64,000 nucleotides of DNA from Sporopachydermia quercuum (Eukaryota), in assembly GCA_001599295.1 (NCBI GenBank), contig BCGN01000002.1, forward strand, positions 310,001-374,000, written 5' to 3'. Under the pieces are notes generated by a model. The model was not told the origin of the DNA, ran no database searches, and saw only the letters and a program-made list of their open reading frames with translations. This document shows positions 24,706 to 34,565 of this stretch, piece by piece. Position numbers and translations under genes: made by a program. The stretch's first letter is position 1. Each line of letters begins with the position of its first letter.

Positions 24706-26236
24706 GGTTTGAAAAGGCAGTTTATTAACGTTAAAAAAAAACTTAAGGGTTCAATTATGTTCAATTGTGGGAAATCTGATCACTTTTTGATAGACCAATT
24801 AACTCGTGATTGGTAAGAAAGAAGAAAAGAGCATTGATATGTTGATTGTAGTTGTTGGCTGAATGCAATGTAGGAATACTATGCATACATTATGCATAAA
24901 CACCGTAAGATAAGTATGCCCACTCCCCGTAGGAACGAATGATGAGGAGAGACGCAACGTATTGGGCTAGCTAAAATGTCATAATTATACATCAGAATGG
25001 ATGCTATTCACTGAATTGAAAATGAAAAAGAAACTTGACAACTGATTATAAACTTCTGATAATTGATAAGCACCACATACATTATTTTTACAATGTCAGG
25101 AGAATAACTAAACAGCATAAGTAAAGTCTTATTCGCATTTAAAGTTCTAGAGCAAGGTTCAGAAATCTGACACTACATGATTTATGCATACATATATTGA
25201 ACCGTTAGTTACTCACATACCAGTTCAAATACTATTTTCTACCCTCTTTCACCATTGAAATACCGCAAAATTTTCAATCACATATTGTTAACCTAACTAT
25301 AGAAAATTACATTTTAACATATACATTTAGAACCATGTTTATGTGGCTTTATTGCTTGCCAGTGATTCCTACCTCCAAATAGTCTCCAGAACCACCTAAA
25401 CATTGGGTCGTATAAACTTTACGTCTCCTTTTGGAGGATTTTTCTTTTAATTCCTGAACGAATATCTGCATAATCTCCGTAAAACCGGAAACAATAATTC
25501 AACTCATTTTACAAACCAATCTCGGTAACTTTCGTACCTTCTGCGGTGTGAACGAACAATAACAATTTATCGGTATAAGAACGGTTTTTAAAGCACTATC
25601 GGAACATCCGCCCTGAAGCAATCAATTAAAGTTTTGGGCTATTTCGGTTACCAAAATTTAAAAAACACTAAAATATCCTACGAAACTCTGTGTTTTCACC
25701 TCTTAAACTCACCCTTAACGTTGTGTTGTTTAAAGGGAGAGTAATCGGGACTGGTGATAATTACAGAACGGAACGAAACGCGGAGGGAACCCAAATTGAG
25801 GTTTTTCTGAGATACAAACAGGAGAAACGGATAGAATCGTAATACTTGGAGCAATAATATTGTTATACTTAAGTCCAAACCCAGTAATCATCCGAAATTG
25901 CTAAGGGAAACAGTTGTCTGCGTGAGCTTAACCTAACTTTCGGCTTAGTTCCTTCTTTTGGACATTTCAGACCTATTTTGGAACAACATAAACACTATTG
26001 TATATTTCAGGAAAGCTTTCTGCTTTTCGGAAGTCTTCGGCCTTATTCCGTCAAAAATCCTCGGCAATTGNCTTATTCAACCCTTTTTAGAATCACGAGC
26101 AAGTAGTCCCTTAGTACTCCCTAGTTACAACAAACAACGGAAACGGAACCTAGTTTAGATATTAGGGTTGTATTTCCCATTAAGGTAAAAGCCCCGTGTG
26201 TTTTTTAACCTAGTATCTGTTCTTTATACTTTAATA

Positions 26237-28522
26237 ATGAACTACATACCGAGCAACTTCCCAGCAACAGATAGCGGGGATAATCAAGATCGGAAACGAT
26301 CCCGTGAAGATCCTGTGTCTTCCGCCGGTTCCGAATTATTGCGGCCACCTAATAAAATAACCATTCGGCTGAAACCGGATCCTGATTCGTCTTTTCCAAA
26401 CAGTCCAAACGGGATAGCTGGTCTACCGGTTAATCAAGTCAAACAGGGAAATCAGGTGAACCAAGTCAATCGGATATCTGGCGGAACAGTTAACGCGGCA
26501 ACTCACGTCAATAAAGAGAACCAAGTTAATTTGAGCTCCGCAAATGGTTCCGTAATTGGAACAGGATCTGGATCTGGATTTGAATCTGGCTCTAGTCTTA
26601 ATCATGGCGTACCATTACCAAACAGAATTAATTCAAATGAGAGAAAATCTTTATCTGGAAACGCAATAAACTCTGTTTCAAACTCAAGTCCTAATCCCGT
26701 CCTAAAAGCATCTGTCGGAGCTCAAAGAATACCCAAATTTTGCACCTCCGACGAAGACTTCTTCCTCAAATATGCAAATGCCCCTCCCTCTTTAGAGTTC
26801 CACATATATGAAAAACACTACCGGTTCGGCCGCCAAGAAGGGATAATACCCCGCAGTAATCCGATGATCAATCAGTTTCTAGAATATGTTGCGCGGGAGG
26901 AGATTCCGCCGTATATTTCCGAGATTCTTCGGGATTCTGGAATTCGGTATTATGAGGGGTGTTTATTNCTGCATTTGTACGATCATCGGAATACAAATGC
27001 CGGGTCTGAAAATGGGAATGGGCAGAAGCCAGGCAACCTTAATTCAGTTAACTCGGTTAACTCGATTAATGCTCCCAGTGCATCTATGAGCTCTGCTAAC
27101 AACTCCGTTAGCTCGGCTCAATCACCTAATCATGTAGTCAAATCGGCTAAAATGTTCAAAGTCATCCTTCATCCTACCGAATTGGAACAATGGTACGACA
27201 TAATTTCGCTTAGCGACCCTCTTCAGCACAGATTTACCGATGATTTTGCAACCTTTATAACGGCACAAATCACTAATATCACCAAAGTTAAGGTTAATAC
27301 GATTGTACCTTTGAATCCCTATACGGCAAGTACTTATATTCCATTACCCAAACAGGATACCGGACCTAGAAATAGTTCTAATCTTAAACCGGCTCCGAAA
27401 CCTAAGCCTAATACCAACCCTCATTCTCATGCCCATCGGCCCGAATGTCAAGTGAAACGGATAAGAGCCCTCCATGAAGATTTACCCCACAATTCCTCGG
27501 AATACGAAGATTTGATGCTTCTATTAGACGACTCGGCAAACGAACGCTCGGATCAATTGGTTCGGATAAGCTTTATTGAGCAATGGCGACGAAGACGAGA
27601 GAAAATGACGCAAATAGCGTTAGCGCATCAGATGAGCCGAACGCAAGCTGCACGAAAGAAACTTGGCGGGGCTGCAGCGTCATCCTCGGGTTCCGGATCT
27701 GAAATTATGCCTGATCAGCACACTCAAATACAATTGCAACAGCAGATGATGCAACAAGCTCGGCAGAACTTCTCGTTATCAATAAACTCGGTAGCAGCTG
27801 CGGTGGGTGGAAGCAGAAGCGGGGTGGGCGGGGTGAGTGGAAATGATAATAGTGGAGTAAATGGAAAAAGCGGGAGAGTTAACAGTACAAGTGGTAGCAA
27901 TAGCGGAAGCAATAATAATAATAATCTCAACTCAACCGGAATTGGAAACTCGGGCACGGCAAACCTCTCCGAATCGGGTGATATGACCGGGACAAGATCT
28001 CCTAGTATTGCCGGAAATGGCAACATGGCCGGTGGAATGGGGGCAGATTTATCGGAAAAGGAAAAGGAAACAGTGAAGGGTAAAGCTAAAAAGACAGTTA
28101 AGCGAGGGAAAAAAGCTGCTACAGGACCCACTGCTGCGGGTAAAGATGGAACTTTATCTGAAACCGTCGGGGCCGGAACTGCAGCTAAAACGAAACGGAA
28201 GACTAAAAAGCAGAAAGAAGCCGAAATTCGGAATAACTCGGGTAAAACTGTTGCAGGAAAGACTATTCCGGGTAAGACCGTTCCCGGGAAATCGTTACCA
28301 GGGAAGACAGTACCCAGGAAAACAATTCCTGGTGGGGTAAGCGGAGCTGGTATAGCAAAGGCTAAAAAGCCGAAGAAAGAGACAAAGAAACAACGGGAAG
28401 CTCGGTTGAAGAGCGAAGCCGAAGCCGCGGCTAATTTACGTAATGCGCAAGGAGGAATAAGTGGGGTGGCAGGGGTCAATACTCAATTCGGAATGCTAGA
28501 CGGAAGACTGAATGAGATATAA
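26237..28522 (+). CDS. SPT20: SAGA complex subunit Spt20-like protein
   Basis: Spt20 domain motifs LKYANAPPSLEFHIYEKHYRF, IPPYISEILRDSGIRYYEGCL, ILHPT, LHEDLPHNSSEYEDLMLLL; low-complexity flanks; first ATG at 26237. Confidence 0.85.
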   Translation: MNYIPSNFPATDSGDNQDRKRSREDPVSSAGSELLRPPNKITIRLKPDPDSSFPNSPNGIAGLPVNQVKQGNQVNQVNRISGGTVNAATHVNKENQVNLSSANGSVIGTGSGSGFESGSSLNHGVPLPNRINSNERKSLSGNAINSVSNSSPNPVLKASVGAQRIPKFCTSDEDFFLKYANAPPSLEFHIYEKHYRFGRQEGIIPRSNPMINQFLEYVAREEIPPYISEILRDSGIRYYEGCLXLHLYDHRNTNAGSENGNGQKPGNLNSVNSVNSINAPSASMSSANNSVSSAQSPNHVVKSAKMFKVILHPTELEQWYDIISLSDPLQHRFTDDFATFITAQITNITKVKVNTIVPLNPYTASTYIPLPKQDTGPRNSSNLKPAPKPKPNTNPHSHAHRPECQVKRIRALHEDLPHNSSEYEDLMLLLDDSANERSDQLVRISFIEQWRRRREKMTQIALAHQMSRTQAARKKLGGAAASSSGSGSEIMPDQHTQIQLQQQMMQQARQNFSLSINSVAAAVGGSRSGVGGVSGNDNSGVNGKSGRVNSTSGSNSGSNNNNNLNSTGIGNSGTANLSESGDMTGTRSPSIAGNGNMAGGMGADLSEKEKETVKGKAKKTVKRGKKAATGPTAAGKDGTLSETVGAGTAAKTKRKTKKQKEAEIRNNSGKTVAGKTIPGKTVPGKSLPGKTVPRKTIPGGVSGAGIAKAKKPKKETKKQREARLKSEAEAAANLRNAQGGISGVAGVNTQFGMLDGRLNEI
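28241..28330 (+). repeat. Coding 15-bp tandem repeat, six copies of GK(T/S)(V/I/L)(P/A), in the Spt20 tail
   Basis: GKTVA GKTIP GKTVP GKSLP GKTVP RKTIP. Confidence 0.85.
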
Positions 28523-29524
28523 AATGGGGGATAGCATAATAAAATTTGAACCTAGAACCTATTTGGTTAATGTTTTGTATCTTCAACTTTAACTGGATAA
28601 TAATAAGATGTACCGGTTTGGAAAACTGGAATCAACTCAAGTACACGAGAATACAGATTCAGAGAATAATACATCCAAACTTCACATACGAATTTTCCAT
28701 TTGGAAGTATCGGAACACCGGAAAACTTCTCTTTCCGATCCAAGATTCTTACCGCCTTTCTCTGGTGTGGGAAAAGATGGTTTTCACTACTGGAAATGTC
28801 ACCAATACATGCATAATGCTATCGCCACAACCATTGTCAAATACACGATGCTAGACATAACAAGCTCCTTCCGACTATCCTGTAGATTAAATTAAACATA
28901 CGTCATAATCACATCAACAATGAATAATAAGATCAATGATATACTATTTTCATTACTTAATGATAAGAGATGTTGCTCAATTTGTTACTTCTCCAGATCA
29001 TTAAATGTACTCATCAATTCTCCGTTCGGAGCCACAGTCAAATCCTCTACTGCATATGCATATCATCAATGTTTACTACTGCTAGAGGAGCTCTTGTTAC
29101 GTTAACAGCCATTGGTTATTGATCTTGAAAACCCCATCATGGGATTCGATCAGATAATAGTGTTTGGCAGGGTGGTTATTTTGGGAGGAGGGTTAGATTA
29201 CTTATTGGGCCATTCATTGGATCAAGATTATTCAATTTAAAGTATAAGACCAGCTTACGTCAATTTAAGGTGAGACATGAGTTGTCTTTACAGAAATTCA
29301 AGAGTCATCGAGTAAACCCGTCATCACAGTCATTTTCCAACACAGTGATTGATTATTATGGGGAGAGATTTTACTCTCTCAAGCAATACAAGCAGTGGTT
29401 GAGAGACTGTAATGCGTATAGAAGAAAAACCAAGGAGTTTTTCTGAACTTCGAGCATGAGCGTGAAAGGAGTGGGTACCTTTGTAAATATATAAAGGAAT
29501 AAAATTAGCTGAACGAACGCGAAG

Positions 29525-29995
29525 CATAATTTCGTTAGGTGGTCAGGAACTGTTCTAGGAGCATATACAAACACTTCCACTCGTTTAACTGTTATGCCCT
29601 GAAGATCCAAGAGAGAATCAAAAGATTGGAATTGAACAAGAACATCTTCGACATAGGTAACTACATGGAAGCAAAATTCAAGACTTATTTGTTACCCCAC
29701 AATCAAATCACCGCGGATGTTAGAGGTATTAGAGGATTCTGGTCCAGTGAGTTTACTGAATCCAAGGAAACGTTAGCCCCTTTTGATCCTAAGATCAAGG
29801 TTGCTTTGAGAGTTCAGAAAAAGTGTGCTGTCAAAGGGTTGACGCTTATGGCTGATAGCTGATGTACGGGAGAAAAGGTGATCACATCTTATTGGCACCG
29901 TCGTTCATCATTACCAAAGAAGATGTGGATAAGCCATTGCCACCAAGACCATTGATCAGATTACTGGAGATTTAATTGCTGAGGGTCTTTTATGA
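29525..29995 (+). pseudogene. 3' fragment of a class-III PLP-dependent aminotransferase, frameshifted
   Basis: Across several frames: SGTVLGAYT / HSFNCYALKIQERIK...NIFDIGNYM...ADVRGIRGFWSSEF...TLAPFDP...KGLTLM / GRKGDHILLAPSFIITKEDVD / IATKTIDQ...*; no recognisable 5' part. Confidence 0.75.
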
Positions 29996-31308
29996 TAAAT
30001 GTTATTTACATGAAATTAACGTTATACTAATGGTCTTATTACCTAGGGTTTGTATTGAATAAACTCCCTGTTATATTTGCCAAGTGTTACTGTCTCCTGA
30101 GTTTCTTCTCCTGAGTTTTTTCCTTTTGGTCAGCCAGCACTTCCGTTCGGTTACACGCACGGTTTGGAATGGAAAACCAACAATAAAGCATCTCTCAATT
30201 CGTCTTCATTTAACATTTGTTGTAATTCTTCTGTGGTTTCAGCAATTCTATCTCTATCGTTAGAATCGATCATGAAATCAATGCACTGAGTGTTTGGCAG
30301 TAGTACCTCCATAAAGATCTAATTTTATCTTGTCTACCGACACCCAAACAGTGAAGGAGATCTTGTAAATTTTCTTTTTTATGATTTGTTTATACGATAA
30401 TTTTTAATGCAAAAGAAAAAAAAAAAAGAAAAAAAACAGAAAAGCACACAGAAAGCGATCCAACTAATGTTCCATCAATTCGCTTGTATAAAATTTTGTT
30501 ACTTAAACCAACCATAATTCTTGATTACAATCAATCGATTGTAACGTCAAAATCGATTAGTGAATCAACAAGAAGAAGAAAATTACCAAATGAGTGTTGT
30601 TATTTTACCAGTGACCAAAATAATTGTTTCAGAAAATCCGAATTTGGCTTGGTCATGATTTTGGTTAGTTTTTGCTCCAGGGAAACGAAGCTATGTATAC
30701 GATTTCTGCGACGCCACATAGCGACAAGAATAGGGGAGAGAATTATATGAAATAAGAGCAAAATATGGAGACAAAAGGGAAATAGAGAGAAAGGAAACGA
30801 GATAAAGAAATTAGAGAAGTAGAGACTAAAAAGGTTGATTGTCAGTAAGCCTGGATAGGGATAGTAATTAAGTTGTATTGTTGGGAGTTTGAAATAAGTA
30901 GTTTCAGGTGTACTTAGAATGAAGAAGTGTATGAACTGATTGACAAGTGAATGATTATATAATTGTTAGAATTATTGTAGGAGTGCCTAGAATGTTTTAG
31001 TAAGTGCTTAAAACGAGTATATAATAAATGAGTATAATTGTTACAATCCTGCAGCATCGTTTGTTAAGGTAATACTTTGCGCATTCCATATGAAGACCCT
31101 TCAATGGTCGATATTGCCGATGAGTTAGACATTTATATCCATGGAATTACATTACGTGCAATTAAGCTATATGTAATTGGGTTGTATGAACGTTACTTAT
31201 AGGGACTCCGCCGCTTAATTGTGGGAACCTGGAACAGCCCTAAAAAAAATAAGGAAGCACGATCAGCAGCAGCAAACCAGACGAGTAGTAGGAAAATAAG
31301 CTACTGTA

Positions 31309-31372
31309 ATTTAGATGCGAAGGTTTTCTTCGATCTTGGCGCCAAGATCGAAGAAAACCTTCGCGTCTAAAT
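31309..31372. repeat. 64-nt loopless palindrome (32-bp arms, one mismatch; central 48 nt perfect)
   Basis: atttagatgcgaaggttttcttcgatcttggc|gccaagatcgaagaaaaccttcgcgtctaaat, centre at 31340/31341. Confidence 0.97.
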
Positions 31373-31388
31373 ATGGACCTAATTACAG

Positions 31389-31396
31389 TATATAAG
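31389..31396 (+). promoter_or_regulatory. Probable TATA box of the downstream surface-protein gene
   Basis: TATATAAG 100 nt upstream of ATG 31489, followed by a CT-rich leader. Confidence 0.55.
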
Positions 31397-31488
31397 CACA
31401 GTGCGAGAAGCTCCCGTGGAACTTTCTCATACTTTCTCGTTCTCTCATGCCTGTCTCTTATAGTCATTCTCATTCTCTAATTTTCAAG

Positions 31489-32364
31489 ATGAAGCACCTT
31501 ATTTTCCTACTACTCGTCTGGTTTGCTGCTGCTGCTGCTGCTGCTGCTGATTATGCTCCGTACAGAGGTCCGAAAGTATGGTCAGGAGCATCGTGTACTA
31601 CTGATGCAAGTGTGTTCCAAACGCTCAAAGTACATTATTATGACACAGGTGGCGACGCAGACGTGGGAAACATCATGAGCGAGGACCACCCTGTGGGTAA
31701 TACCATTCTCAAGCAGGTCAAATCTTGGGGTGGTTTCAATGGTAGGTGTGGTCAATTCATAGGGTGGTCTGACATCGAAGACCAGGAAGGGTATAGATGG
31801 TTTGTGCATATTCGACAGGGATATCAGTACCTCGATTCTTTCGATGACCCTGACGAACAGTGCTACTTTGACAACTACTTCTGCGACAACCTTGGTGCGC
31901 TGCAAGTGTTCGGTGTCATCCGAGAATACAACATAGTGGGTGCTTGTGTGCAATTGCACATCAACCACCAGACCACCAATTTCTTCTTTGCTAGAAAAGA
32001 TGCTTATGAGGATGCCAAAAATGATCTTTACATTCGTACTGAAAACTGGGATTTAACTAGAGCCAGTGGGTATGACTGTCGGAATGCTATTGCTTTAGCC
32101 GGAGTGCCTCTCGTTAACTTACCCAGTGAAAACGGCGGTGTCCAGCCCTTCACCGTCAATCTCGGGGACTCCCCATCGCTGACAGATGGATCGGGTATTC
32201 CCTCCATATCAGATTCTCTCTCTACCAGCTACATAGATGAAGCTAGTGAATCTACCACCAGTTACATAGATGAAGCTAGTGAATCTACCACCAGTTATAT
32301 AGATGAAGCTAGTGAATCTACCACCAGTTACATAGATGAAGCTAGTGAATCTACCACCAGTTAA
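31489..32364 (+). CDS. Orphan secreted/cell-surface protein: signal peptide, Cys-containing domain, Ser/Thr repeat stalk. Truncated by TAA; the frame continues to a GPI-type tail ending at 32565
   Basis: MKHLIFLLLVWFAAAAAAAD signal; 6 Cys in the domain; YIDEASESTTS repeats; after TAA 32362-32364 the frame reads on to SGNEAGELVSLSKWLQLFACIMSLVI*. Confidence 0.85.
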   Translation: MKHLIFLLLVWFAAAAAAAADYAPYRGPKVWSGASCTTDASVFQTLKVHYYDTGGDADVGNIMSEDHPVGNTILKQVKSWGGFNGRCGQFIGWSDIEDQEGYRWFVHIRQGYQYLDSFDDPDEQCYFDNYFCDNLGALQVFGVIREYNIVGACVQLHINHQTTNFFFARKDAYEDAKNDLYIRTENWDLTRASGYDCRNAIALAGVPLVNLPSENGGVQPFTVNLGDSPSLTDGSGIPSISDSLSTSYIDEASESTTSYIDEASESTTSYIDEASESTTSYIDEASESTTS

Positions 32365-32481
32365 ATAGATGAAGCTAGTGAATCTACCACCAGTTACATA
32401 GATGAAGCTAGTGAATCTACCACCAGTTACATAGATGAAGCTAGTGAATCTACCACCAGTTACATATATGAAGCTACTGAA
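32230..32481 (+). repeat. 33-bp coding minisatellite, 7 full copies plus a partial eighth
   Basis: Unit tacatagatgaagctagtgaatctaccaccagt; copy 3 starts TAT, copy 5 starts TAA. Confidence 0.97.
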
Positions 32482-34235
32482 CCTAGCGGTAATGAAGCTG
32501 GTGAACTTGTTTCCTTATCCAAGTGGTTACAGCTTTTTGCTTGTATAATGAGCTTGGTAATCTAAGATAAGCTGGCTGCAAAAAAAAAAAAAAAATTAAA
32601 GGGAGATTTCTCACTATTGCTCTATAACCCTCTATGCTTATTTGATCCTATCCTTTTCAGCATTATTATTCGCACTACTGCTAGAATAAGCGTGTGGCAA
32701 GACCACTACTTTCGGTTTGAGTAGAATGTAAGCTTGAATCGGCTGAGCTGGTACAGGTTGAACTGAACTGAGTTGTTTCGAAGGTATGAACTGTTGAGCA
32801 AGGAATTCAGCTTGAGGGATAATTAGGNTTTTGAGTCTTCGTGGAATAGCTGGTTTGCAGTTTAGTAGCAACCATACTACTGTGGTTCCTACCCGCCTGC
32901 CCACCAGAAGACTCAAATCCAAACTTCGTAGGTTAGAGCAGAGCTGTTAGAACAGTGATATAGGTGGTAAGAAGAGCCGGTTTGTCACCGGTAAACGGTC
33001 ATCTAAGCTGAAGATCCAATTTGCTATTGGTATGAATGAAATGAACATATATTATATTCCATTCGGTATTGATGAAAATTTCAGTGAAAGCAGCAATTCT
33101 ATTTCAAGTAATCTTTTTTTTTTTTGAATAAATCTATGAGCATAAAAATTAATAAGAGATGGTGTATGATGTAAAACAGTTCATGGGAGAGCATTCGTCA
33201 AAAGTTCCAATATGGTGCTTTCTTTGCGGAGAGATCTAAGTGAACTGATACTTCAAATACAGCTTGTTTGTATTTCACTAGATTTTTCAGTCACCATTGT
33301 ACTAAAATGGGATAATCTGAAGAATAACTAACTGTAAACAACTTCTTTTTGGTTTAGCGTCCTCTGGTAGTTGAAACTGCAAGAACTGAAGGAGTACAGT
33401 TACCCCCATTACTCAAATGATCGGGTCCACAATATACCTCCCAAGTGTATAGTATCTTTGTTTTTGTTATCGGCTCAACTACATCGAGCCAGAATTTAGG
33501 CTGCGAAAATGGTTCCCAAACAAAAATTATACCGAATAGAGGTGGTATAACTGCAGGGATCACAGCTTCAGAAAGTATAGATCACCCCAAAAATATTAAG
33601 GAAAAGCATGGTAATCAATTGCTAGCAAAGAAATCTATAATAACCAGTACCAGGATAATAGTTAGAACAGTTGTGAAGTTTAAAACTTGGTGAGAATTGC
33701 AAGATAACCTTGTAACTGCCAGCTTGTTCTCTCGGACAAGTTTTGGCATGTGAAACAACAATCGAGTATATACCCCTTTAGTTTTGCTGATTCATCCTTT
33801 ACTGAACATTCACTAATGCTTGAAAACGATAGACTCTGTTCAAGACTTTGTATGCTGTACGCAGGTGATCAGAATTCTTACTGTACTCACCTTATTATCT
33901 TTTTGATAGCTTTATAACATAAAACTTCTGCATGAAAAAAAGATCACCAATAAACCAGCTAAAATAAAGGACCCTCTCTCATTCGAAAGCTACCTTCCAC
34001 CTTATATCCTTTCTTCATTTCTATGTTGCCGATTTCCGACCACAACAGCAGTTCAAAAGTGTTCATGTACCCTCAATTTACATGAATCTTATCTAGCATA
34101 ACATTTTCCTACTCCATTCGGTGAAACGCTCACAAAAATATATAAATAAATCCCAATCATACCTTGTAGATATACATTAAGTACCGTCGAACACATTCTT
34201 TCTTAGTTTACTATATTTAATCAACATTCACTCTG

Positions 34236-34565
34236 TCGGACATACAAGATTGTCCCGATATATTAGATTTATCCTCAAAATGTCAGGATAAACGAGATAG
34301 CCGGGGAAAACCTCTCATCAATAATCTAATTTGATTACAATGAAGATAATCAACAGTATAAATAGAATCAGATAATCCTCTTAAAGCTCTATACTTCCAC
34401 TATATAACTGCGTGTAACATGAATAAAAAATGATTATCATCTTTATAATTATATTATTATACTAATGAGGGGAAAAATCCCCTCATCTTGTTGAAAATCA
34501 TTCATCCTGACATTTGTTAGGGATGAATTGTCAGGTTCTATATTGGGACAGTATCATATGTCCGA
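34236..34565. mobile_element. Degenerate MITE-like/foldback element with ~120-135 bp imperfect inverted arms
   Basis: Nested complementary blocks: tcggacata/tatgtccga, tgtcccgatata/tatattgggaca, aaatgtcaggat/atcctgacattt, ctcat/atgag, gataatca/tgattatc; ~78-nt spacer; non-coding. Confidence 0.6.

Noticed and set aside
24939..25014. C/D snoRNA-like spacing (ATGATGA...CTGA)
   Set aside because: No terminal stem and no rRNA-complementary guide recognised; such motifs are common in AT-rich DNA.
32230..32481. 33-bp array as a CRISPR
   Set aside because: Head-to-tail coding repeats with no spacers, in a eukaryote.
31039..32595. Solo LTR or retrocopy (TGTTACA start, poly-A end)
   Set aside because: No matching terminus or target-site duplication; promoter-like sequence is retained, which argues against simple retroposition.
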